Shown here: positions 18,907-33,900 of the stretch, in pieces | Layout of the letters: each line of letters begins with the position of its first letter | Position numbering within the stretch: the stretch's first letter is position 1 | Source of the DNA: a virus | IMG/VR virus record: IMGVR_UViG_3300021425_000006 | Direction: 5' to 3' (one strand) | Length of the DNA stretch: 64,000 bases | Notes under the pieces: model-generated | Databases searched by the model: none | Seen by the model: the letters and a program-made list of their open reading frames with translations, nothing else | Told to the model about the DNA's origin: nothing | Position numbers and translations under genes: made by a program

Positions 18907-21900
18907 TTATTTTGGTAAGTCAATTGTTTGATCTCTCAAGAACTCTGCAATTGGATTTTGTGCAGCTCTTAGTGATTCTCCTGACTCTTGCCATGTTTTT
19001 CCTATCTTTCTTATTATAAACACTTTAGTTCCTGCTACTGGAATGGTGTTCAATGTTATTGCATTGTTACTTATCGTAAATTCTGCATCTACGGTAATAT
19101 CTGCTTCTGGGCTATCTTGATCAATAGTGGTGTCAAATACACTTATTGCTTGTTTTCTTAGTCGTCTACCTGCAACAAACACTTCAAACTCATTAATATT
19201 AGTTGTAGCCCAATCTAATGCATATGTTGCTGTTGTACCGTCTGCTTCAAATTGCAATGTTCTTATCTCATCAGTATAAGGAACTGTTTGATAAGCACTT
19301 TGATCCATTAATTCGGTGCCTGCATTGTATGTTGTTTTAACACCTGTTCCTAATGTACCACGTCTTAATTGTGATAAAACATTATCTTCTACTTTAAAGT
19401 ATTCAATCCTTTCACCGTCAATAAACACTACTCCTGGAACATTAATGCTAGGATCTGGTTGACTAATTCCTGTAGCATCAACTAGTTTAATATCCTTATC
19501 AAAATAATTTAATTCTTGATCTAGCACAAATATCTTACTACTATTTAAGCGTTTATAATGAGTACGATTTAACATATCCTTAAATATTCTAAATCCAAAT
19601 CTATCATTAACTCTATTACCTGCAAAGTGTACAACATCTAACCTGTCATCTTTTACTAAAGGTTTAGTAACTTTTAAATATCTTAAATCTTCAGTTATAG
19701 TATAATCTACGTTAGCACTTAGTAGTTGTCCATTTAATGATACCCAAAGATATGCTGGATCAACTGCTGGTAAACGAAGTTCTACTAAACCTTGTGTTAA
19801 CTTGTTATATTCGTAATAATCATCACTGCCTAATACTAGTGTACTTCTTGAAACAACGTCTTGTGTTACACGTTCTATATTTTGTATATCGTGTTTGTTA
19901 AATTTGTAAACATCTACTTTAGCATCAAGTGCAGGGGTATCTGTTAATATAATTCTATCACCAGATTCTACACCTTTAAATCCTGTTACAGAAGTTGCTA
20001 TTGCGCCACTTAGTAAGCCTTGAATTTGTATTGTTGGATCAGTAGTTAACGAAGCAATTATATTAGCTGAGTCGCCAATTACAACAAGTACATTACCTGC
20101 AAAAGTTTTTACTGTTGCTTCAAACTGTGTACTATCCGCTGAACCTATACGAACTTCTTCACCTTGTGAGAACTGGCCTGTAATACTATCCGAATCTAAT
20201 GTTAGTTCAACGTTTCTATCAAATTCATATTCACCGTCATTAAGAACAAATACGTCTAATGTATCTCCATTTACGCCTACGTTATCAAATAATACAACAG
20301 CACTATTATTAAAGTCCCAGTTAAAGTCCTGTAAGTAACTTAACTGTACGTCATTTAGATAAACTGCAATATCTTCTGGACTTACTGATGCCCTTGCTAC
20401 TTGATGTAGATCAAATGTATATTCTCTGCTTGGAGATATTATAAATTGTTGATTATATCCTGGATATAATATTTTGTTATCTACTTTAACAACTACATTA
20501 TGGCTTAATGGTAAAGAACTAGATGGTGGTGTACTTAAAGTAAATCCAACACTACTTCCATCGCCTTCAAATCTATCTACAGTTACTTCACTATAACTTA
20601 AACTAGATGAAGCATATACAGCATAGTATATAAATGCACCAGGAGCAGGTGGTGTAATAAATTTAAGGCCTACTAATCCTGCTCTACCGTCATATGTTGA
20701 ATCTGTTTCAAATATATCTGCAACTGCTTTCTTTCCGTCAACACTAATGTATGTTGAGATATTATCATTCCATAATACGTTAGTTACAAATATTTGTGTA
20801 CTACCGTCTGCAACAAAGTTATCAATGTCAAGTATGTTTTCACCGTTACCACTCATTGATATAATTGATACACGCTGACCAACTGTTAATGCCTCATTAA
20901 ATGTTAATGTTTTTTCAACAAAGTCAATTTCATATGGATAAGATGAGTCATCTATTGGTCCTTGGATCACATTATCTACTTTAACAATTAATGATTCTAT
21001 GTTGTGCGGTAATAAACTTAAATCAAACGTTTTATTTTGTGTTGCTGATGCTGTATAATTTCTTACAGCAATAGTACTTCCGCCGTCTGCTACTTTATCA
21101 TAAACTTTAATATCTAAAGTATCTAATACTTGTCCTGGAACTAATTCTTCAGGTCCTTTAGATGTAGTTGGTGTAACAAATCCGTCGCCATCAATTGTTA
21201 TATCTTCTGATTTTAATCCTGTTGCTGTACCATATGCTAAATTTCCGCCTTCAATTACAGTATCAAGTGTGAAAGTATCAGGAAGGAAACTACCATCGCT
21301 AGTTGATTTTCTAAATATAATAGTGTCTCCTGCACCAGCACCTTCACCAGATGAAATTACATCAACTATATAACCTGACGCACCTGCCAAACTTGGATCG
21401 TCTTGTGCTGGTGTGTTGCCATCTTGGAATATACTTCTAATAGTAGCAAGTGATGGTTTGCTAATAACTGGAGCAATGTATGTGTTGTGGAACGCATAAC
21501 CTAATGGGTTATTTGCTTGAATGCCTGCTTGGGTACGCATATCGTCTGTCCATTCCGGAGCAAGACTTCCGCCGTCCCATAATTCTGTGTATTCAAACAT
21601 AGCAAAGTTTAGTAGGAACAAGTATTCTTTTGCGGCTACTTCAAATGCATCTGCATCTGTTTTCCAAGCATTTGATGGAGTTTGATAACCTGATGGATCC
21701 CACTTGCCGGCATCGTATGCTTCTTCCATTGCCGCATATAACTCACCTGTCTGCCAATCAGCGGCTAAGAAACTATATAATTTTATGTCATCTGCAGGTA
21801 AACCATGCATGTGTAGTGTGTGGAATACGTGTTCAATAACTTCTTGTGCGTCTATATCACCATCACCATAGCCGTCGCCTGTTGAATTTAAATACCATAC

Positions 21901-24900
21901 CATGTCATTTTGAACATGCGTATCAAACAAGTTAGTTAGGTTCCAACTAATAACACCTGCGTCAGTTAAGAAGTTTGGAGTGTAATCTGCTCCTGCACCT
22001 CTTGCTACTCTTTGTATAGTTGGTAATCCTGCGTGATAAGTTCCTGTGTCACCACTTAGTGTTTTAATTAAATTTCTTTGGTATTCTTCGTTAATGCCTG
22101 CACCATTTGGATCTGTAAACAATTCAAACATACGTGCTACTTTTTCTAACCACGCATCTGGAACTGCTGTTTGTCCGCCAACACCACCTGCCGCCATAAT
22201 TCTTACACCGTTGGTTGTAACTTCACGTTTGAAGAAATCACTGCCATCGCCGACAACATTACTAATTGCACCATTGTTGTATTCTGGGTCTAACGAACTT
22301 CCTTCTCCATTAATATTAAGTCCGTCATTGTCTAAGAATATGGTTGTTTGCTCGCCGTCACCTGTTAAACTTTGTGTTATCGCATTTGGATTTGCTACAG
22401 GATTACCTGTGCCAAAGTTTGGATCATCAATTCTTACACCATTTAGATATACATTATACACTACATCGTTTTCTAAAGGTTTAGAAAGAGTTATTTGTAT
22501 TGTACTTCCGTCTAGTGTAATTATTTCATCTTCAAATCCGTCATCGTAACTATCCCAAGTAGTTGCATACCAAGGATCATTATCCCAACCTAGTTTGGCA
22601 CCAAATTCAAAACTCTTAACTTGTACTCCACCGTAGTCAACACCATCCATTAACTGTGCAAAATCTTTTCCGTATAATCCTGATTGTGCTTCATATAAGA
22701 ATTGTATGCGTTCTGCAGCATTTAGTAAGTCTAATGATCTGTTGTATGTTATTAATACAGTTGAATCTTTTGCTGGAGCAAAACTAAACTCAATTTGCCC
22801 TGTTTTTCTAGTATACCCCTTTGTCGAATCCTCAACATTTTTATATTCGTATTGGCTACTTAATGCTTGTATACCATCTATAGTTACGTTAATTGTATTA
22901 GTACTCAACTGTAAAGGCCATTTAGTATTAAATTTAAGTTGGCTGCCTGATGCTACAAATGTTTCTTGTTCTTGTATATCTGCTAGTACAATATCTGTTG
23001 TAATCCTATCAAACTTTTGGGCAATTTTTGTTGCTCGAACTTTACCGTTGCCTATTATTACTGATACTACAGGTTGTGTACCTTCTTGTGTTTGTGTTCC
23101 TTCAAACTGTATTAAAGGTGCTGAGTAATATCCTGTACCTGGATTTGTAATTTCAATCTTTTTAATAACACCGTTACCAATAAACGCTTTTGCTGTTGCG
23201 CCTGTTCCGCCGCCACCTACAAATGTTACTAGAGGAGTTTCAGTATATCCTGATCCTCCGTCTTTAATAAGTACTGAATCAATAAAGTATGAAGAATTAT
23301 CTACCCAATGTCTTGCAGGATAGTCTGATACGTCTGTAAGTACACTTGATAATCTGTCATTCTCCACAATAAAGTCTGATGGTACAATTTTACCAACATT
23401 TCTATTATACACAGCAGGTAAATCATAATCAGTTATAACCGAACTAGTATTATCTTTACCTTCGTATGCACTTAAATATTCACGTATATTAGTCTTATAA
23501 GGTTTAACTTCGTTAACATACTCTTCAAAACTAGGTAAGTTGTCGTTTTGATAATTTGTTTTCTGTACTAAATTACCAACATTATGTTTTGCTTTGATGA
23601 AACTTGTTTTGAACGCCCAGTCTACATATGATTGCTCTGAGAATACATATCGTAAACATGCAAAGAATAAATTGTTATATTCTAACTCTAAATTACCTAC
23701 AAAAATGTTATCTCGTAATGCTGTTAATATTTTGCGTAATGCAATCTTGTTAGTTGAATCAGAGCTAATTGTAGTTACAAATTGCAATGTACCATCTTGT
23801 CTACCAACTGTTCTATAGTTAATAGTATAGTCTGGAACGTCAGCATTTAGTGTTTTTTCTAATAGTAACCAACCGCCTGTGCCAACATTTTCAACTTTAA
23901 CAATATCACCAATTTTATCATCAATTTCATTTAATTCGTATGTTTCTTGTACAAGGTAATCAATTGATGTTAATTGACTAAATCCTGTATCGTACCAGTC
24001 AATGTAATTCCAATAATCAGATACATCATACTTTTCTTTTGATGTAATTGTAAATTCTTGTGTTTCTGAATCCCATCCGTAAATAGCCCAATCACCGTCA
24101 AGTGTTGAATCAGCACCAACAAGTACACTTAGTGGACGTACTATTAGTGTTAACGAATCTGCATAATTTCTACCGCCGTTAACAACTGTTACAGATGTAA
24201 TTTGACCTAGTGCATTAATTGTACTTTCTAATTCTAATCCTTCACCCGTTCCAATTGCTGTAATTTTTGGACCTTTTCTTATTCCACCTGTTGTTGTGTT
24301 GTAAGATGGATCTGAATAACTATAACCCTTATTAATGATGTTTACTTGTGTTACTATTCCGTTAACAACTACAGGTTCTAGTATTGCAACTTGTGCTTTG
24401 GCAGTACCAATAATACTTAACTCAGCATCTGTGTCAACTCGACGATCCCATGTTGCAGAAATTGCACTAGGCTCTGGATCTTTTTCTAATAAAGTAGTAA
24501 TATTATAATTGTCATCAATTAATTCTTGCTTAATAACTTTATTAATTCTAGTAAATGCTTGACTTACTGCTTCTTCTCTATTTACAAACCAACTTTGTCT
24601 TGGTCTATTTAATACGCCATATTTTTGTTTTGCACTTAGAGCTGGATCTGGAACCGGTCTACCGTATGCATCTTGGCCAATAAGACTATCAAACCATTTA
24701 AGTTCTAATGTAGACTTAGGCTTACTAGTGTAAAGTCCTTCACTAATAATTTGATATTCGTTGTGTACGTTAATACTCTGATCGTCAATTGTCCAATATC
24801 TAAAGTTTACTGCAATATCTTGATTTTCAAGTAACTTGTCGCAATTTCTAATTACTAAACTATTAGTAGTGAGCAAATTAGCAAACTTTAAGTTTTGTGA

Positions 24901-27900
24901 AACAGGATCTATTATTATTGCCGCAACATCAAATGCTGATTTATTACGGTTTTCAATATTAGGCGTTGTTTTCTTATCTTTAACCCAGTAATAATACTTT
25001 GTAGTAAATGTACCAGATATTTTATCATAATCCTGTCTAGTACAGTATGCAGATTCACCGTATTTTGTTTTGCCACTAATGCCTAAACGTATTCCTGCAG
25101 GAGTATCTGCTTGTGTGTCCCATTGTGTAGGTGTTAGTGTAGTTTCTACCCATTCATAAATGTCTACTGACGCACCTGGTGCTAATGTATTCCAACTATT
25201 TGCACTATAAATTGCATCTCCTTGATACGCATTTAAAAACTTAACTGTACTTAAATCCCACCAAAGTTTTCCAATATTTTTTACACTCCAACTATTATAC
25301 TGATCAACAGTAACTGCTGTATTTGTTGCTGTTGTGTAAGTTGCTGGATCATAATATGTTTTAAATGATAATTCTTGTTCTGCAAGACCTGATATCTTAC
25401 CTTGTACTGGATCAATTAAATCTAATGATGTTAGGTATTCATTTGATGACGTATTGTACATAAACGAACCTTTAAATTTATCAAGATTAATTTGATCATT
25501 TGGTTTTCTGTGTTCTGTCCAAGTATTAACGCCATCTTTTTCAAACTGTACTACTTTACCAATTGTTCCATCAATATTATCATTTATTAATCCAACATAA
25601 ACTTTATCATTCTTAACAATAATGTCTCTACCAAAGTCTTTAACATCAAAGTCTCTATAGGATAATTGCTGTCCATATACTAATGCATCTCTAACTCTTT
25701 CATATAGATATATTGATCCACTGTCAATAAGTGTTCTACTAAAGTTAGTAAATCCGTTATCGAATACTGTACCATCGTTATCATAGGTAGTATCTAATTC
25801 TATGTTTCCGTTAGCACTTGATACTGCTAACTGATTGCCGTCGAAACTTAACTGGTATCCGAAGTTTTCAATTGGTTCACTATTCTGTGCAACTAGTGTT
25901 TGAATTAATTCGTATCCTGTTTCTTTTTGTGCATAAACAAACACTTGTCCTTGTCTAGCAGATAAGTATGTTGATCCAGGGGCACCTACTGCAATTAGTT
26001 TACCGTCGTCGGCTACGCTAACAGTTTCTCCAAACTCCATTGACGAATTAGGTATTTCTAATATTTGGAATAACTCGTAATGTTCGTCATGATATTTGTA
26101 AACAGCAATGCGTTTTAAATCTCCGTATGCTGAAATTGAAGCAATGGTTTTCCCGTCATCGCTAACATCAAACGATGTGCCAAATGATGTAACATCATTT
26201 TCTAATACAGAATCATCTGCAAACTTATAACCTAATGTATTAGGAATAGATCCAATAAAGTCAATATGATCTTTAAGTTGTGTCCATTTAGTTGCTGTAA
26301 ATTCTTCGCCTTGTATATTAGTTAATGCTTTATAAAAATTACCATTATAATATACAATATCATCTATGTAATAAATTACTGAATTATTATATATGCCTCT
26401 AAACTTAACGTCTTTTGAAAGTTGCCAATCATAAACTGCACCTGTTTCGCTAGTACCGTTTAGTACTGTATAAATTTTACCAGCACCTTCTTTACTGTTT
26501 ATTAATAATTTGTATAAGTTGCCAGTTTTGATTATTTTTATTTGCTGACCTAGTCTTCTACTACTTACTCTGTTAGGTAATATGTATCCATTTACTAAGT
26601 CGTATTCACTTGTTGTTGCATTACGTTGATAAACATAAAACACACCTTCATTAGTATATGAACTTGCTTCGCCTGTACTTACTACAGGAATGTTATAAAC
26701 TTTTTCCCAGTCATTGTTTGCAACTTCAGGTACTAGTGATAAGCGTTGTGTACCGTTTCTATTTTCTTGAATCCATGTAAAGTATTCTAAATCAAATCCT
26801 GATATTACATCACTATTAAATGACGCAAGGTCAGTTGCTCTGTTTCTAGTTGGGATAGGTAAATTTTGTGAGTGTTCAAACACCATTAACTTACCAATTG
26901 TATTATCATCAATTGAAGTTCTTAATGATGTTCCAATTACTGGACTTAGTACTTGTTGACTATCAATTTTTCTTATTTGGTATGCTGGTAAACTTTGTGC
27001 GCCAGCAGGTCCATAATCAGCACCTTGTGTAAATGTGCCTGACTGAACTTTGATATAGTATCTTGCATCATTACCATCTCTTTGATAGTAAACAATTTCA
27101 GCTCTACCATTAGTACCTTCTACTAAGATATCACCAACTTGTGCCTGGTCTGTTGTGTTTGTTAATACTACATCAACATAGCCGTCCCATACATCAACTA
27201 TTGTGTGAGTATCATTAATAATTTCACTAGTTAGTCCGCTAAATGTTTCGTCTTGGATTGTACCGTCTGGTCTGGCAATTTGATTTAACCAAATACCAAG
27301 TTGTGGATTATTGCCTAAGGCACGTTCAGCTACAACTTTATCACTTATTGCTTTGTCTGCTCTAAGTAACCATTTGTTTGATAAGATGTCAATCCTTGCA
27401 TCAGCAACTGTATTAGCATTACCGTTATAACTTATATTAGTTATGTAATGACTTTGCTTCTGTAATACTTTACCTGTTGTAAGTTGTACAGGTGGAACAC
27501 TAAGTAAACTTTGAATACTTGATTTGTACGGTAACGGTGAACTTGCATCACCTATTAAACGTACATCTCTAAGTACAATGCTTGGTGCATAGTCAATAGT
27601 TCTTGCATTAGGGTTAATTTTAAAACCAGTTTCAATTGTGTCTAATGATATTTTCCAATATCCGCCCAGTACATCGCTTGTTTCAATTTGTTCGTGTGCA
27701 GGTCTTGTAAATTCACCAATTCTAAATGTAGAACTTATTTCTAATGTACCTGTTTCAGTAAATACACCATTTTTGTTATTAGCGTATATTACTAATTTAC
27801 CTAATTCAAATTTTGTATATACTACTGTTGCGTTACCTGTACTAGTTGTTACTATATCACCTATCTCAGGAACATTTAAAGGATCAAGTATATAAAATAT

Positions 27901-30900
27901 TTCATCTACTTTTGATTGGATTGTATGTACGTTAGATGTAAGCCATTCAGTGTTTACACGAGTTTCTGTGTCAACTATTTCAATATTAATAGTACTGTCA
28001 GTATAATCTACTCCGCCTGCAACTAAGTTTACAGCGGTTATTCTGCCATTCGTAACTGTTGCAGTTGCTACAGCACTATTGCCGGTGCCAGTGTCTGTAA
28101 TTTTTATTACCGGATTAGTATATCCAGTACCTTGTATTGGTGTAGGATTACTAGGGTCTGATAAATCATTTTTAATTGTTAAATTATATATTGTACCGTT
28201 ATCATCTAGTTCATACTCTAATTCACAACCAAAGCCGACCATCCTATTGTCAAATAATGATCTAACTTTTCTTAAGTTACCGTTAAACTGACCACCCGGA
28301 ATAGCACTTCCTTGAAATGCCGCACCTTGTATATTATTTGTACCATTAACTAACGTATCTAAAGCATATGTTGTGTACAAGTATACTTCTTTAGTTGATT
28401 TAACTTTAACATAGTACTTGTTGTATTCTAATCCTGTAACACCTTTATTTTGTACTTCATTAAGTGGTAATGTTTGATCCGAATTATCAAACCCTGATGT
28501 TGAAATAGTATTATTAGGAACATCAGTAATTATTATTTGGTCGCCATCTACTAGACCGTGTTCAAGATTTGTCTGTAGTCTAATACCTGTAGTAACATTT
28601 GTCACATTAGGAAATTCTGGCGGTACACTTTCAAATTTAATATCAATTATTTCAGATTTATCAATTGGCTCATACGCATGACTTACTTCGTTCCAGTCAA
28701 AATATACTTTGTCTCCAGGAACACTACCTTCGTATGCTGTAGCTGGTGCTCTTACAAGTATATGGTCCGTCTCAGTATTAGTTAGTGGATAATCACCTGT
28801 TAAAATATTTTTATTTTCACCTACACTAGACCAATTAGCAGGTATTCTTGGACCTGGGTTTGATCTTGCTGTAGCAATATAGATATCTCCAAGATACGTT
28901 GTAATATTTCCAACATTATAAATTATAGATTCGTCAAATTCGGCATACTTGTCTAGTAAATATTCTTTAACTTGAGGTGCCGAATCAAATGTATCAAACA
29001 CAACATTTGATGTCTGTCCTTTAACAATTCTTCTTGCTTTCCACAGACTATTGTTATATTCAACAACAGATGCAAATGGATATGTTATACTTGCATCAAA
29101 GTCGTCTTTGAAATTAGATTTTACATTTGATGCTTCAGGAGATGCAATTACAAGGTATTCACCATCTGGGCTCATTGTAATAGATTCGCCAAATTTTGAA
29201 TTAACACTTGATAGTCCAGAAATTGGTGAAAGCACTTGACTTAAACTTGCACTTGAATCGTCACTAGTATAAACAAACACTTTGCCGTCTTCGTTGTTTG
29301 GTGCTCCTACAACAATTACTGTGTTATCATCTGATGCTGTAATCGAACTACCAAATAACGGATTTGTAGAATCTGCTTCTAAAGGATTTATTATTGTTAA
29401 GTTATCGTGATAAGACGCAGAATTTTTAAGAACTCCCCATCTACCGTCGCCCATATCATCAACCCAAAGTAGCTCTCTATTGTCAATAGTGTTTTGTGTA
29501 TATGAATTTGCTTCGGGCAATGATTTTACTCTGTTACTTACAAATTTAGTTAACACGCCTTTGGCGTTAACAATAGGTTCATCTAGCGTTATTGTTGTTG
29601 CAACGGTTACTGTATTTGTTGCTGAACTAGTAACTTTAAAGAATCCTTCAAATCCTGTTAAATTTGTAATACCAATAATATCGTCTTTTACAAATGAACT
29701 TCTTCTATCTAATGATATAGTAGCACTTGTTCCGTTTGCTGTTACCCCAGTTACTATAAATCCACTGTCAATATGTTTATAAACATTCCAGCTTTGATCT
29801 TCAAAAGTTACCCAAACATATTCGCCTTGATTTAAATCATCAATAGCAATATTTAAAATATCACTTTTGTCTACAACAGTATATTTTATATCCTCAGTTC
29901 TAACATACCCTGCTGTTCTAACTTGTGTTTCGCCTTCTGGTACAAACTTAGTTGGAAACGGAGTATTATTATAGTTAGACGGTTTTAAATATACTTCGCT
30001 TTCGGGTATATTATATATTAAGTTGTCTGTTTCTGGCTCGTCTGTTAACTGTATTGGCTGAGGACTTAATTTAAACTTTTCTTCATCTAGTTTAATTTCT
30101 AATTCGTCAAAGCCGTCAGCAGCACCGTATTGTCCTAAACGTAATGCCCATTCTTCAAAAAACTCTAAACTTTCTTTGTCTGCTGCTCCAAGTGCATCAA
30201 ACAATTTAGTAAGTGCATTTTTAGTACCTTTGTCTTGAATATAACCTTGGTAGAATTTATACTGGCTAACATCGTCATTAATTATATTAGCAAGATAGTT
30301 TCTCTTTTGATAACCAATTAAATGTTGAGCAACTTCTTGTTGATCAAGATCAAAATTATCAGTATCTAGATCATAAAAGTCTGCAAACTGGTCAACTTTG
30401 TAATTAATGTTAGTTAGTAATTGCGACTCTGGTTTAGCATCAAGTCTTAACCAGTCATTTTCATTAAAGTTTTGTGTTCCTGATACTTTTTTGTAAGCAC
30501 TATAATAAAATTCTTTGTTTTTAACAATGCTTCCAATTTCATAATCTTTGTATTGCTCCCACAAAGTAATTTCAGCACTGTCATATAAAAAGCCCGGTAT
30601 ATTTAAACTTCCGTTCCAGTCTGCTGTTCTATATCCTAAGACTCTAATTCTTTCTTGTCTATATCCTGCTTGACGATCATATATTACATCTTTAAACTCA
30701 GTTTCGTTATCTAAAATAACAACGTGTTCTGTCTGCTCAGCTGCTAACTTAATAGCATATATTCCGTCTGCTGTATTCTTAGGTTTAATATTAAATTCAT
30801 CATCAGTTCTTGATACTGTTAATACATCTTCTTTAAGTTTTGTTCCGTCGGCTTTAAAAATTGAGTATCCAAAGAAATTATTAAATACATCTCCAATTAC

Positions 30901-33900
30901 AGTAAAGTCGCGTTTAAATTTAACGCCGTCTGCCAATGGACTTAATGATATTAAACTTCCTGTGTCCCAGCCTTGTGTTGTCCAGAATAAGAATTCTTTA
31001 GCACTTAACTTAAAGTTTTTAATTGATTGCATATCTGCATCAAAGCCTTCAAAGTTAAAACCTAATGTTTCTAAATATCTTTGATACCCTAATAGAAAGT
31101 CTACTACTTCTTGACTTGTTCTAAATAGTGTTCCGTAAGGTAAACTTAATATTTCTGATTTCCAGGATGAACGGAAAATTGCTTCGCGGCCACCTTCTTG
31201 TGGAAGAGCTGCTAATTTTATAAATTTGCTTCCATCAAATGTTTGTCCACTAGTATGTGCTTCTTTAACTCTGTAGTACAAATCGTTATACTCTACAACT
31301 TGTCCTTCTAAGTATTGTTTTGATTCACTCCACTGTACAAATGTCTCGCTAACGCCTCCAATACTTACTAGAGGATCGCCATTAATAACATTGTAATCGT
31401 AATATTTGAATACAGGATTAGTACTATCATATCCTCTAACTATATAACCCAGAGCACTTCGTTCAATAACAACTCCGCTGTAAGTAATAATATCAGTTGG
31501 TGAACTTTGTGAAAGTATTATATTGTAGTTTTCTTGTGGTATAAAAACATTACCTTCATTCAACGGTGTTCTTGAATCCAGTATTAAATTAAATTTAGAT
31601 TTATCAGTAAACCCGCCTAGTCTAAATGATAATTGATTTGTAAGGTTTGCTAATTTATCTTGATACTCTGTATAATTAGTAAGAACATTACTTGACAAAT
31701 AGTTTGCAATAAAGTTTACTAGTCCTGCTGTTAACACTCGCACATCAACTGCTTGACTATTATTAGGGAATTTTAATTCACTAAGATTGATTCTTTTTGA
31801 TGTATCAGAATAAACAATTTGTCCTGCATTATTTCTTATAGTTCTAGATCTATCAAATCCAAGTCCTATAATTTTTGAAGGTTGATTCAAACACCAAGAT
31901 CTTAATAATGCAAATGGATACTCACTACTTCTGCGCCAGGCTGTTTCTGCAGGTGCTTCGTCACCAAATACAAACGGTGACGCTGTTAAGTTACTAATAA
32001 ATCCTTGTGCATATCCACTCTCTAATGGGCTTATTAAATTGCCGCCATCGTCGACCGGTAAATGAGCAGTTAAGTTTGTTCTCTTGTATTGTTCCTTAAT
32101 TACAATAGGCTTATTAGGTTCTCTAATTACACCATTTTGTATATCTTCCCATAGGAATAAATTATCTTTAGTGTATGGTGCAGGACCATATACAGTTTCC
32201 CACCAACTTGGCTGTTTAAAGAATCCTTGCATTTCCCAAGGATGTGTATGTGGACGATCTGTATCATATGCATCTTTGTAAACAGCTCTCCAATATCCTG
32301 CTAATTTCTTGCCACTTGGGGATGTCATAAAACTATAATTGTAAGTAAACGGGTTACCTCTTACATAACCTGTATTTTCAGTATAGTCTACATCACCTAC
32401 TGAAGCAAGCCAACTTGCAAAATCACTAATTAATGCATTATCAATATCTTTTTTGTATACGCCTGTATTTCTATCTTCCCCGCCAATAAAATCATGTATA
32501 TTAACAACATTTGGATCGTAGGATATTTTAATGTTATTGTATATTCTTTTTTCTAATTCTAATATTAAATCATCTCTATAATCATTAAATGCTAAAATCT
32601 TAGAACCATCATGTCCTTGAATAACTTTTCTAGTAGTAATGTAAGTACTATCATCAAAAATCTGAGGGACAAACTTGGGATATAATCCTAGTTTGGTTGG
32701 TGTTGGTGGAATAAACGAACCGTCTGTTGTTTCATATTCAAAAATATCAATTATGTCGCCGTTTGTTGTAGGCTTACTTATTACACAAAACCCTTCATTG
32801 TTAAATGTATAATCGTTTCCGTAAATAAGTTGTTCACCATTAATATAAACTGTTACTGCTTTTACGCTTAGTTCATTATTATTATGTGTTTGTGAAAGTG
32901 CATAAAACTGATTATTTGTATCAAAGACAGTATATGTAATTTTCTTTTCACCACCCGACGGTGCCATATCACTAAAGTAAAACGGCATGTCTATACTTCT
33001 ATTTTGGCCTAGTTCTTTAAGTATAACATCAACGTGACCTTTTACAGTTCCGTCATATCCTGTTGTTAAACTAGTTTGTAAAAATGTTCTTTTAAACTTT
33101 GCATACTCGCGTCTATTAAATTCAAGAGCTTTAATAATGTTTGTATCTTTGTCTGTTAAATGATATAACGATAAATTAATTGGACCAGTGTGTTGTACAA
33201 ACTTTTTACCATATAATGCAATATTACCTAAATCTCTAAGATTACTATTACCAGGATATACACCACTAAAGTTATTAATTTCTTCAACTACTGTACTAAT
33301 ATGATCATTAACTTCACCTAGTGTAAATGTTTCAATATTATCGTTACTAGGATTTCTTTCAAAGTTTGCTGGTACTTCATACAACCCATTGTCATTTTTA
33401 AGTGTATGGGATTTAGTTTTAATTAAAACAATATCATTTTCATTTAATTCTGATGTAAATATAATTTTTGCATCATGGTTTGTTCTATCAATAGTGTAAT
33501 CAATATTTTCAAATTTAAGTGAATTGTTAACAAAGACTTTTACTATTAAATCAGTTAGCTCAGCACTTCGATCATATGTATCAATAACAAATTCGGTTTG
33601 GTTATCTAAACTAGTATACTGTCTCAATACATATTGACTACTAGACATTGGTGCTTTAATCCAAGCATTTACATAATCAAATGTATCAATGTTTTTAAAT
33701 TTTTGTAAACTATACGTATCAGTTTTATTAGTAATAACGTCAGTACTAATTACTGTAGGTGTATATGTAAATGTATCTGATAATAAATTAAAATCAAAAA
33801 CAATATCACCTACATTAGAAATACTTCTATAACTTAACGGAAAGCCTAGTTCAGAATCATTAGATCCTGTACCTACTTTATACGAAAATACTTTGTTACC

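Noticed and set aside
21361-22290. Intein in the giant protein
   Set aside because: No Cys/Ser start, His-Asn end or LAGLIDADG motifs
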